DNA from: Pelomyxa schiedti
Taxonomy: Eukaryota; Protista; Evosea
Direction: 5' to 3'
DNA length: 64,000 nucleotides
NCBI GenBank assembly: GCA_020536535.1
Contig: JAHLWZ010000733.1
Coordinates: forward strand, 62,001 to 126,000
Part shown: positions 40,098-52,311 of the stretch, in pieces
Layout: every line of letters starts with the position of its first letter
Numbering within the stretch: position 1 is the stretch's first letter
Position numbers and translations under genes: made by a program
Notes under the pieces: model-generated
The model's database searches: none
The model's input: only the letters and a program-made list of their open reading frames with translations
Told to the model about the DNA's origin: nothing

Positions 40098-41352
40098 ATG
40101 CCGCTGGTTACGTTACACTGGGATGAAGTGCCCATGAGCCATTTCATTTATGAATGTCTGTGGGCACTTGCGTTTGTTGTTGTGGTGCTATTCGCTCGCA
40201 GCCGAGGGGAGATTACGCGGTTTTTTGGCGGAATGATCTACGGCTTCGTCACCGAGATGGTGGTTTATGTCGGCCTCGAGGCCGCTCAATTTCAAGGCGT
40301 TGGTCGCGCTTACGATCACGGTAATTCTGGCTCACGTTTCTAGTTCATGCTTTTTAACTTTGTGTGCAGGCTTGTTTACTGTAATGCTTTTTGGGATTTC
40401 TCCCTTGTACATGGTACTGGTGTTAGATCAATTTTTTGTTTGTTCATTTCTTCACAGGATCTTTTCTGGTGGCCGGTTGTAATTTATGTTGTTGAATACT
40501 GTGCTCGTTGTACCTACAGAACAAGTACTATGTTTGATCGCTTTAACCACTAAAACACACCCTACAGAAACACTAATGTCTCGGCTACTCATTGCCACAA
40601 CAGTGGCCGTTTTTGCCGACTTTGCTATAGAACCTGTTGCTGTTACATACGGTATTTTTTCCCCCTATGCCCCAAAAATAAAAAAAAAGCAACCTGCTAA
40701 CCACAGGACTGTGGGTTTATCGCACTGGTCAAATGCAGTGGCAAAGTTGGGTTGGAGCACCCTATGCGAACAACATCGCCTGGTGTGCAGACTACTCTTC
40801 ATCCAAGTATTTACTCTCTGCAGGTTCGGAATTCAAGGAGGGTTTGTATTTGGCTGCTACTGTAGTGATGTAGTCCGGGGTCTCACACGAAACTCCTGGA
40901 TTATAATTTCTGATATCTCCACATTCGTTACACAAGTTCTAGCCAGCTGGATTGGGATGGGTCTATGGTGCCTATTGATGACGGCTTTCCGATCGCCATA
41001 TGGAATTATCAGATTCATAAGTGATCAAGTGCAACTGGGGGTACTGATGTTTGGTGTGCTGGTTTACACTATGTGGTATACCTTCGTTGTGTGTGCCAAG
41101 ATGGAGCCCAAAGTCCCCCAAACACAACTGGGGTCACAAGCCATCAAATCCAGGTTCCCGGCCGTTCTCATGGTGCTCTGGCAGGCCTCATCTTTTGCCT
41201 TCAAGCTTGTCTACTGCAAAACCAACAGTGGCTCTGAGCTGTGCACAGAGAACTCCACCCTTGTACTTGGCTGTTGTGCGGGCTTCTCTGTCCTTCTCAC
41301 CTTCCTGCCATCCTACTGTATGGGCGCCCTCTATAAGCCCAAACACCACTAA
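40098..41352 (+). CDS. Multi-pass membrane protein, CruF/DUF422 (carotenoid-biosynthesis-protein)-like
   Basis: Several hydrophobic helices. FFGGMIYGFVTE, LFWWPVVIY and IATTVAVFADFAIEPVAVTYGLSHW resemble the DUF422 pattern (A....D...DP.AV..G.W.W). Confidence 0.5.
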
Positions 41353-41503
41353 AGCCCAACCAAAACAACAATAAAAGTAAATAAAAACCTCAAAGCGTTA
41401 ATGCTACTGTTCAGAACTAATTCTTGTTGGCCGAAAACTCAGCCCAGCTTTCGTAGACGATTCAGAACATCACCTCTTAATAGGGAAGGAATACCAAAAC
41501 AGT

Positions 41504-43804
41504 ATGACCGATCCCAGCACCGCGTCCGTGCCTCCCCCCGTACCGCCACGCGACACGCCCTCGGCTGATACACCAGCCTCTGACGCGCCGAAGGATTTGG
41601 GCGCGACAACAAGCTACGAAGCAGCGGCGGGCGATTATGGGACCGGAGGAGGGGGGTGTCGCACGCCAACGCCGCCTGTGGACGAGCCCCCTGAGGTACC
41701 CAGCCTCAACCCGTTCGACGTCGGCGACGACGCCGCGGACGACGACGACGGGCCGGTGCAGCGGGAGCAGAGCCCGATTGTGGGAGCAGGGTCCGTCAAT
41801 GGCGAGCCAGACGCGGATTCTTCGCCGTCGTCGACGAGACCCACAAGTACGGCGAGCGTCCCTTCGCCGGAAGCCGAGAAAGATCCCAGCAGCCCGAATG
41901 GAACCAGGAGAGGGAATCCGGCGAACCCATTCGTGAGCAGCCCGACGCCGGCCCTTGTGACCGAAGTCTGTGGCGAGACGGCCTCGTCGTCGTCGCCGCC
42001 AATGAGGGACGTGGCGCCAGCTTGGGTGTTCCGGGGTTCGATCCCCACCACCGGCGATGTATATTTCGCCAGCCTGAACATGGGCCGTTCCAAGGTCCCT
42101 GACGAGACCACGAGGGCAATTTTGGAGAGGCTGACACTGTCTAGGCGTGCCATTTGTGAATCTGTGAGAGGCGGCTGCTTTGAAGCTGCAATCAATGTAA
42201 TTGTGTATTGCATCTGACACCATTTCACCCCCTTATGGCACCTCGTGCAAAACTCTGTGTGTGTATCCACTTATGCAACTTGTAGGCCATTGATGAATAT
42301 CTTCCAATGCTCAAAGGATTGGTTCGTTTCATTTTATTTCCCCCCCACCGTTTACCAAAACTCCGCGCGTTTAGATATCTGCTAGTGCGTCACTGCCAGT
42401 CGACATATGCAAAAAACTGGGTAACATTGCTTTCTCTTTTTACGTTGTGATTTCTGTACCTAAACAACCCAAAAAGATTTTAAGTGGTACACACCATTTA
42501 CAACACAATATTGTCGTGACCCTTTGACGATACCAACCTTGGAATATGAACTGTTCTTTATCTTATTGGTGATAACTATTTCAAATTTCCTTGAGTGCAA
42601 CCACCTTAATGATCTCTTTAGATGTATGGATTTCTTCATCGTGTGGCTGCAAAGGAAATATTACAAAGCTACAAAGATAACAAAATTGCGGCCGACAACC
42701 CCAAGTTTAGAGGAATAACAGAATACCTACAAAAAGCTATTGGGGTAGAAACACATTTACCCTTGCCATTCTCTCATGGTTTTAGTAGATTTTCCACTTT
42801 TTGGAAACCCTACCACTCTATACAGAGCCGGAAAAACCTAAAATGCCTATTTTAATTGAATTGCACCCAGAAATGCCAAAACTCCTTGCCTAGTATCGCA
42901 CCCAACTAAGATTGATTGCCTCTTATACCACCCAGTATGTGTATAATGGAAGCAAATGGTATTCTCGTAATGCCCGCCCTGCAGCAAAAAATCAATACTG
43001 AGGTCTTTTATCTATAGTAAAAATAATTTCTGATGTACCTTTAGGATGTAGCCCAGCAATGTCTCCAAATCTCGGAAATGGTACGCACACTTCCTTGGTC
43101 TCTTGTCAATCATTTCTTAACTGACTTAGTAAGGCTTCGTATTGCTTCTCTTCAGTGTGCAGAATAACGCAGAAAGAATCAAACAGCAGACTGAGTATTT
43201 TAAAAAGGTTCACCTTTCCAGTATCATAAACAAGTATAGATTTATGTCTTTCCATCTAGTTATTTCCTTCTTATGAAATACATGTACCAAGGGCAGGCCT
43301 TAATATTTAGAGGACAAAACGCATGGGATCACAGGTAATCCTACTTCGTTACAACACATTCTTACTTTACAAAAGGAATTATAACTTAGCATTGACATAC
43401 CTTCAAGTATACTGGACTTTTCTCCTTCTTTCCCTGACCCATAATACCACAAACAACAACAAGGCCGCACTTCCCCGCCAGATTCATGACAAAGCCTTGA
43501 AGGTACCGTTTTAGTTCAGGATCAAATAACTCACCCTTTAGAGTCATAAAAATCGAGACTGCATGCCCGAAGTCCTAAATGAAGCAGCTGGTTTCATGAA
43601 TTTTGTGAAAGACCTCTACAGAAAGTGCCCCATTTCCCCTCCCCTAATCCCTTCAATTGAAAAAAACACCCACACAAAAGGTACACCTTAGAGCACAAGT
43701 CAACAGAATTCCCCGAGACACCAGTCCAACCAACAACCTACGCCGATCCCAAGGCCAACAATCTCCAACTATCCTTCAAAGAGGATTCCTGTTCCCTGTG
43801 CTGA
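41504..43804 (+). CDS. BRO1-domain protein, BROX-like, with a long disordered N-terminus and a C-terminal CaaX-like motif
   Basis: AIDEYLPMLKGL, RFKWYTPF, TLEYELFF, LHPEMPKLL, YFLLMKYMYQGQA parallel the BRO1 domain. The last exon ends DSCSLC stop (43802-43804). Confidence 0.72.
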
Positions 43805-43946
43805 GCCTTACCACTCCCACAACTGTGTTTTTACCGTAGACAAAGCCAACTTTTTTTTTGCCTCTTCAATCGTCGTTGATCAACCCCACGAAAGAACAAA
43901 CACCGAAACAGGAAAAGTGAGTAGACAATAAACAGGTATCAAGGAG

Positions 43947-45140
43947 ATGAGCGGAGGACAAAGGAGACAAGCGATTGGAGCGGGACGGTGGTTCCCTGCA
44001 GCGGAATCGCAACTCAGATCCGCGGTGGATAGGTACTTGGCGGCCGCGTCACCGATCTCCGAACAAGTACTCGCTACTCCGGTCTTGGGAGTGGTCTCTC
44101 CTCATGCGGGTGTGTGTTGGTGCAGTGTTTTATGTGGAGATCTTTCACGATGGTTTTGTGTTTTGTTGTTTCTTTTTGTTTGTCTGTTTGTTTTCTTGCT
44201 TTTTTAAATTGTATGTTTTTTCTTTCATTTTAACAAACAATGGGAACAATGTAGGTTATGAGTACTCTGGAAAAGTTTCTGGATATAGTTTCAGGGCGCT
44301 TAGGGAGTCGGCTGTTCGCCATGGGGAACCTAACTATGTTGTCATTGTGGGGTGAGCTGTAGGCTTCCATTTATATTAATATTTATGTTTGCTTTATGGA
44401 GCAAGCTCGCTTAACTCTTTTTTTTTTTCCCTCAGGTTTAGTCATAGTGGTTCTTTTCCCGGTGCAGCAATAATGCCTGGTACCGAGTTCGTCTCTCCGA
44501 TTGGAACATCTCCACTTGCCAATGATGTTGCAGAAAAAATGTGCTTGAACAGGCCCAAGTAAGTTGTTGAAGAGTGTGTTTATCCACCCGTCTCACTTCT
44601 TGCAGGTTGAAAATGAATTACGGTCCGCACCACGGTGAGCACAGTGCAGAAAACCAAATACCGTTTGTTCAAGCCATATTCCCACATGTTTTTTTTCCCC
44701 CTCTCTTCAATACCTTCTCACCTCTTGTTCTCCCCCAGGCCAGACTTGTAGTTGTCCTTCTTGGTGATCACGCAGCCGCAACCATCAACCAACTTGTCGA
44801 CGCTCTCGTGGAACTTCGCACCACAAGCTTTGGAGGACCCTTTGTTGTTGTATCCAGCAGTGACATGCTCCACGATGCAGACTATGACAAAGTTGTGTCC
44901 ACAGACCACCACACACTGGAGCTAGTGACCCGCCTGGACGACGCGGCCCTCGCTTCCACCTGGAACTACAGCCACCAAATACTGTGCGGAATTGGGCCGG
45001 TCTTGGTGCTAGTCAAGTTCGCAAAGGCCTGTGGACCATCCATGAGGGCACACACTCTGCACTACAGGAACTGTGGGGATGACTTCCCCGAATCCAAGGG
45101 GGACTGGGTTGTTGGTTATGGTGCTGTGGCTTTCTCCTGA
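43947..45140 (+). CDS. MEMO1: MEMO1-family / AmmeMemoRadiSam system protein B (dioxygenase fold)
   Basis: RRQAIGAGRWFP, VVSPHAGYEYSG, IVGFSH, EHSAENQIPFVQ, VVSSSDMLH, ILCGIGPV, YRNCGD, VVGYGAVAF. The metal-binding His, Asp and Cys residues are retained. Confidence 0.92.
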
Positions 45141-45340
45141 TTCATTTCCTTTTGTTGGTTGAGACAGCAGTTGAGATTGAGGGTTTCCCTCTCGACCAAA
45201 CACCTTTATCTAACTAAAGCAATAAAAACAAACCTATTTGCCCCCTTCAACGCTAGGTTGTCAAAAAAAAAAAGTTCTTTGTTTGAAATGGCCAAAAGAT
45301 CTTCGTTTTTCATTTTTTTCTCCAAACAGTAGTCGCTGTG

Positions 45341-48300
45341 ATGTCGTCGTCGTCGTCGGATCCGTGGTCGGACTTTCGAGGGTGTGGACTCAGCCCCCTT
45401 TTTTCTAAGTGCTGTTTTTTGTTGCTGTCGCGTGCACTGCCACATCTTCCCTTTTTGTTTTTTTTGGTTGTTTTTTCCCCCCGCGGTTTATTTTCCCCTT
45501 TTGTGTGCTAATTGGTTGTTGTGTGCGGCACTGCTCACTCGATGGATTAAGAAATTTATTTGGACCTGGGGGTTCCCCGCCGCCTGGGTTTCCGCCAATC
45601 CCTGCATCATCGTCAAACACAGGCGTTCACAACAGAATCAACACTCTGGCGTTTTTGTATGCTAAGGAGTGCAAGTCCAGTTTCGACTCGTTGAGGAAGA
45701 GTGTGCAGGTACCTGACTTTGGAATGGCAGGGTGGCCTCCTAAATGCTTATTGATGTGCAGGTTCTCACTGCTACTAAAAGAGAGCTCGTGCATTACAAT
45801 GCTAAGAAAGAAGGCAAACCAGTCAGGTTTCCAACACCTTCCTTGTAGTCGTTTCCCAACACATTTAGTGACGCTGATTCCACATCTGTTCGTGGGAGTG
45901 GTCGCTGTTTTGGTTGTTCAAACACTTTTGTTGGTCTCTCCCTCCGTCTACTGGAAGCCATGGCAAAGAATGAGCAAAGCAGAAAAAGTCTGGTGGATCA
46001 AGGAATGTTGCAATTGTTAATGCAGAACAATGTGAGAAATGGAAGTGAAGCAAGCCGTAAAGCAGCTAGACGGCTCATTTGTGTTCTGATCAATGGGTGC
46101 AATACTGCAACTTCCCAGCTTGTTAGCATGATTAAAGAGAGGCTTTGTTTTGCACTTGATAATTACACGTATGAACAAGATAAAAACATCACTACTCCTC
46201 TAACTTCCCCAGGACTATGGACCCTGGATTTCTAGTGAGAAACGAAATGGCACTTCTTTATGACGTGTGCAAGTCGTCTGAGGGTCAGTGCTGGGAACAG
46301 TGTTTTAGACTCGTGTTTGAAATGCTGTTAATGAGGTATAAAACTCCTACTGTTTCCTAATTTATTTATTTCTTTCCTGCAGCACCGAAAGAGGGTCAAC
46401 TTCCCCTCTTGTTTGTGAGCATATCATATTGCCATGCCTTCATATTCTCACTGAGACATTGGGGGTATTTTCCTAGAAGAAAATCAAGTCACTAACTTAA
46501 AACTAGGCAAAAGAGCCAACTGCTGATGAAAAAAAGTCGAAGCCAACTTCAACTTCAACTTCAACTTCAACTTCAGCTTCAGCTTCAACTTCAACTTCTA
46601 CCCCCCCATCCAACAAACTTGCCCACTTGCGACCAACACCAACTGAACCAGTGGATATGGTAGTTGATTCAACACCACAGCCCTCCCAACCCCAGCAGCC
46701 CCAGACACCTGAACCATCAGCAACTGTCCTCCCTGTTTTCCAAGGTTCCTCAGTCTCTCTTACTGATTGGACTTCCAAAAAAACTTCCTATGATGCCTGG
46801 CTCCACTCATTGCAGCAGTGGTCACAAGCACATGCTCAAACCAAGACACTGACAAAAGAAGAGGTACAGTTTTTTTTCCTTCTAGAGTGTATCAATACTT
46901 TTCCTAGGCACGAGAGTTCTATATCATGGAGAAGTATTACAGTAAATGGACTAACTACATTCTACACAAACGCACGCACCCAATGTCTCCTCTGGAAGAG
47001 CTACAAACAGAAGGCTCATGGATACAAAAGTTGCTTCTCTGCCCTTGCTCAGACCAGATCAGGCTTCAAGCTGCAGCCCTGGTTCGTATTTTGTACCAGC
47101 ACCCAGTTAGGTGAGAACTATTATCGGGTGGTAAATGAATAAAAAAGTAAGTTGACAATGAAGACTAGAGCCCTTAAATTTTTGGATATGTTTACACGAT
47201 TGCTTCCTTCAGCAATAGCAATGGGAGAAGCCTCGTCTCAATTTTTCGTCTTATTTAATGGTGAAGCTTTCTTTCTTTGGGATTAAATACTCATTCCTCT
47301 TCAAGCTTTGCTTGAGCCCTGGGAGCACCGTGTTTATTTTGTTGTAAAAAAGTATTATCCCTCCAATTTACTTACCTAAATAAACTGTTTAATTGGCTGA
47401 AGGAACCTACCTTACCTTGTGGGCCTTATATTGGCTGAGATTGAACGCATTCATAAATTAGAGGCAGAAATCTCCACAGATATCACACAAGGAACAATTT
47501 GTCACACACTTGTTTCCATACTGTCTCGTATTTTGGAGGAACCAGTATTACACAAGAAGTTCAAATCAATGGGCTTCGTCCATCAAGTAAGAATCACAAC
47601 CTATTTCTGCTGTTCTGAAGCCTAACAGCTTCTGGATGGATTCCTGATGCTGAGGGGTTTGATTGTTCAAAAAACCAAGCTCACTGATGATAGCAGTGCA
47701 TGTTTGATGAAAATTCTCCTGTCAATGAATCAGTCCGAGGAAGAACAAAGAGAATTCATGCATGCCTGTGTGAAGGTTTTTCAGAACACACTTTGTACTT
47801 TACTAAAAGGCTCCAAGGGACTAGATAAGTACAAAGACTGGCGTATTGTGTTGTTTATCTATGAGCAACTTGGCAAAATAATATGTCCTGAGAAACCAGA
47901 GGTTGAATTCCAGCTAGACTTGAAGAAGGCATCATCACAAGATGAATTCATCCGTGGATCCATGACAAAGAATCCCTATTCCTCCAAGGAGGTGAGCCTG
48001 AAACAATAAAACTGGGGTGAATTATAATACCGTTTTGTAGGTTGGTCCTCTCATGAGAGATGTGAAGAACAAAATTTGTACGACACTGGATCTGAGAGGT
48101 AATCTCGTTTTGAACTATTTTTGAGTTATCATATTGTAATGTACATAAATAGGCCTCATTGATGACGACTTGGGCATGGAGTTACTGGTCTGCAATAAGA
48201 TAATCAAACTTGATTTGCCCATAAAGTAGAAAGTGAGAGGTTTATCCTGGATGACCTTTTCTTAGAGCTATTTATGAACAAGTCTGGCTTCCATCTGTTC

Positions 48301-51300
48301 CGGAGGGCAAGAAAAAAGATGTCATGCAAGTAATTTACCGATTACAGGGTCTTGATGGAGAGGTAAACACTGAAATAGTATTTCCTCATAACCATTTTAT
48401 CTTTCAAAGGCAACAGAAGCAATTGTGGACACCATTCGTACAGATTCTGGAGAACAAAAGAATCCGGAGGTACTTTCCTCTCCTCTCCAATGTTTCATTA
48501 ATTTCGTTTCAAGGAGGAATTCCGCATAACTGCAGTTATGGCTCAGTGCGGGGGTCTTAATGCAATGCTCCGAACAATTCAACGTGCTCCAGAGCTTGAA
48601 CAAATAGACCTCCTTCAGCTTGTTCTCAAATTGCTTAGGCTTGCTCTTTATCTTCAAGTTCGCCTCCTTTAACATGTTTTGATTCTTCCAAGCTTAAACT
48701 CTTTAAGGTGAACAGACAAAATTTTGTGCTGCTTGATGGACCCTATATTATTGCGGAGAAACTGAAGCGGGTCCTGTCACTCAATTCTGGTGCAATTCTC
48801 CATTCTTTTGCTAACGTTTCTCACAATTGCTTCTGCAGATGCTCTCAACAATATAGCTATTGCCCTATCGGCTATTATTGAAGCTGTTGGGGAAACAATT
48901 GATCTACCAATCTCCGGCCCATTGCCTCCATCTATCACTACTCCTTCATCACCAATTCCCCCGCACTTACCCGTGGAGAGTAAGGTGTCCACACCCATAC
49001 AGGAGCCAGTTGCAACCTCGTCTGTCTCCCTTTCTTCCACCTCCGCCTCCGCCACACCCGCCCTCTCCCCAACACCAACATCCACACCCACACCAACCAC
49101 TTCCACTTCTGCCTCCACCTCCACGCCCACACAGCTTCCTGAGATGGATGTCGACACTGTTGGCATGGCAGACAAACAACAAGCACGACTGGTTCAACTT
49201 GAGGGTCTTTTAGCCCTCCTCACACAGTGCATGCAACTCCGGAAGAATTCTGCTTTGTTGGAGGTAACTTGATTAAGTGATTTCCTCTTCCATCTGTTCA
49301 CCTTCTGCTAGAGTGTCTTGAAAGTTTTCCCACTTCTTACATACAATAACCCTACACTGATGGACAGAATCATTGCCTTCTTTGGTGCTTATACAGACTT
49401 CGATGCTTACAATGCACAGTTGTCTAAATTTACTTTTAACTAGCACTTATTACTCCCAGAGAAGCCAGTGATGGAGATAAAGTGACATTTGGCCTGAACT
49501 GTTTCATTTCCATGGTGTCTTCTATTAATATGAAGACACAATCTGGCCCACATCTCAAGTCTCGCTTTATTGAAAAGTCCGTTACAGCTTTCTTTGTAAA
49601 CTATATTCGCAGTCACTTCCCAGCGGATAAGGACAAGAGCTCACCTGTATGTCCTACAAAATAAAAATAAAAAACCGTCACCATGGACAGGAATGGACAC
49701 GAAGTCTTTCTGAACGCTCACTTCCCGTTGTCTTACAAATTCTTTCTGGCCTTGCCAAACAGCACCCTCCAACCCAAGTAGCCCACGCCATATATCAACC
49801 GAGACTAATGCAACCTATTATAGGAAATGCATGCAGACATTTTACCTGTTATTCACACACTGGTAAGAGCTGTCTTCCTTCTCTCCAACAAAGATCAACA
49901 CTCAATTCCTTTTCAAGGAACAAGTCAAGATCGAAGAGGTTAAAAAGGTCGGTCTTCTTGCTGCAAATCTCCTGGACACCCTGGTAAATGATGTAAAATC
50001 TAAAATGCCTAATTAATCTCTTTCTTCACTCCCAGAAAGACAATCCTGTCATTACTAAAGCTGTTGAAAGTATCCGAATAGCTGCCCGCAAGGAAAAGAT
50101 GAAACTAGCTGAGCAAAGAAGACAACAAATTCTGAAAGAAATGAAGCTTGAAGCTCACGGTTCGAAAATTGTTGCTGCTGGGATGCCAAGTGTGTTTTTG
50201 CATTTCAATTAACTTTTTCTTACGTCCCACTTTTCCTTTCATCATCAAAGGTTCTGTGGAAGAGCTTGGTGAAGAAGATAGACTCCGCTGTACAGTATAT
50301 TTGCCCTAAATAATTTCCTCTACACATAAAAAATTTTTCTAGGTATGCAAAGAAGGTTTCACATATAAACCTCAAGAAGTCCTGGGTTTCTATGTTTTTT
50401 GCAAACCTACTCCAATGGCAAGTATCATTCAGAAGGGATTGACGCCAAACCGCGCTGATGCAGGTGTATCGACAGCCACTCACTTCAACTTGATACATTT
50501 CACGTACACAAAATCGAGTCTTTCAAGTTTTCTCTGATAAATTGAAGATGCCACGAACACTCAACAAGAGCTGAAAGAAAGAAAAAAGCACCAAAGGAAG
50601 AATGGGAAGGGGCAGCTTTGCGGAATCAATTCAACAAGTGCAATAACATATTCCCTGTACTGTTCTTTCTTTTCTACAGTAGATGTTTATAGTGCACAGA
50701 TAATGGGACCTAGTACCACAGACGACGGTTACACAGCTTGTGCAGAAAGGTTGAGGGATACACAAATACACGTCATCCTTATACATGAAAAGGTTTTGGA
50801 ATGGCTTATCCTTGAAACGGTCTGAACAGCGGTTGCGGGTTCTTATTCACGATATGCGTATGCTCATTACCCGGGTTATCAACAAAAATGTATGTTGCAA
50901 TTTTGTAGGTGTATACCAATAATACAAAAACAAGCAATCCGATCCCACGTCGGGAGGCCGTGAAGCCAATACCATAGCTTTGCCGTTCATGTTTCAAATG
51001 GCGAACTTCTTATTAGAAAAAGAGCCAGGCTATCTGTGTGCTCTCTTAAGCTCTGATAGCGTCTTTTCTAAACAAAACATAGGAAATCGTTTCAGGCGTC
51101 CCTCTCTTCCTTTGTATCACAATCACGAGATTTGTGGGACTCCAACAATTCCCAATGTGAAAACGTTCTTTATTTCCTGGTCCTATCCTTGCCTCTAATG
51201 CCACTTGAAGAGTGGCAAACTGCTAAGGTACATCTCGGCTTTTTTCACATATTCTGACTCTTTAAACTAGATAACCTTCATCAAAAGAATTTTATCTTAT

Positions 51301-52248
51301 GCCCACTACGAAATGTCTGTTACTGAACCAGTCAAGCCAAAAACTGAACCGGAGCCCAGGCCCAAAACACCACCACCCCAAACATCTTCAGCCAGACCCA
51401 AGACCCCTCCTCCCGCTACCACTACTGCCACAGCTTCAGCTTCCTCAACAGACTCAGTCCCTCCGCCTACCTCACACCCAACCGAAATTCCACCTCCAGC
51501 CCCAATAGAAAAACCTGCACCAACTCCCGTCACATCAGCTGAGGCAGGCCCAACTGCAACAGCCACAACAGCGTCCGCAACACTCACCCCTGTTTCCAGT
51601 ACTCCTGCCAAATCAACTGAACCAGTTGCCATTCCCCCACCCTCAGTATCACCCCCACCAACCAGCACAACAAACACAACCTCCTCTGTGGCTATTCCCC
51701 CACCACCAGACCCAGCAACATCCACAACTTCTACAACTGCATCAACTACCACTTCAGCTACTACTTCTACATCTTCAAGCACCCAACCAGACGTGGCTAT
51801 GGAAAATGCCACTACGGTCGGTGACAAGTCCTTTTCAGCGTGCCGGGCACACCTTATGTTTATGTGCTTTATTGATGCAGTTCACCGAGCTGTTAAGACC
51901 AAGTCTGGTCTTCCAGGATCAACTTTGCCTGATGTTGTCTACAGAAGAGATGACCCTTGGGTGGCCTATATGAAATCTGAACTAAGGTTGGGGACATTTT
52001 TACTGTTAAGTTTATGAAGTGACCACAAACCAGGAAGAAAACCATAACAGAGAAGATGCAGAAACTCCTCAAAGACTTTGATGACGAAGTAGCACCGTGT
52101 TCTGAGTTCATGGAGGTCTTTGACACCCTCGGTACTTCCCCGTACCCAATCAAATGTTTCTCCACTCACACCAACAACAGGAATCCTGGAACAAGTGTTG
52201 CGGGAATCACCCGCTTTTGAAGAGTTTGTTTCTACTTATTTCCACTGA
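45341..52248 (+). CDS. UBR4: UBR4/BIG-like E3 ligase, C-terminal portion only (ARM region, UBL, hemiRING/UZI)
   Basis: GVHNRINTLAFLYAKECKSSFDSL, RCFGCS, LDLKKASSQDEFIRGSMTKNPYSSKE, VGPLMRDVKNKICTTLDL, MELLVCNKII, YRLQGLDGE, CKEGFTYKPQEVLGFYVF, STATHFNLIHF, KEEWEGAALRNQFNKCNNIFP. Putative ATG at 45341 with an intron at 45382-45551. Stop at 52246-52248. Confidence 0.88.
46544..46597 (+). repeat. Hexamer tandem repeat (CAACTT/CAGCTT) x9 encoding a Thr-Ser/Ala-Ser tract in the UBR4-like gene
   Basis: Counted directly: five CAACTT, two CAGCTT, two CAACTT. Confidence 0.9.
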
Positions 52249-52311
52249 TCGGGGAAAAAAAAGCCTTGTTCCCCCAAAGAAGTTCTTAATTTCGGGTTAC
52301 TAAAAAAATTC

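Noticed and set aside
42031-42056. GGGGTTCGATCCCC looks like a tRNA T-loop
   Set aside because: Only 3 of 5 T-stem pairs form, there is no D-arm or acceptor stem, and it lies in the BROX-like coding frame (FRGSIPT).
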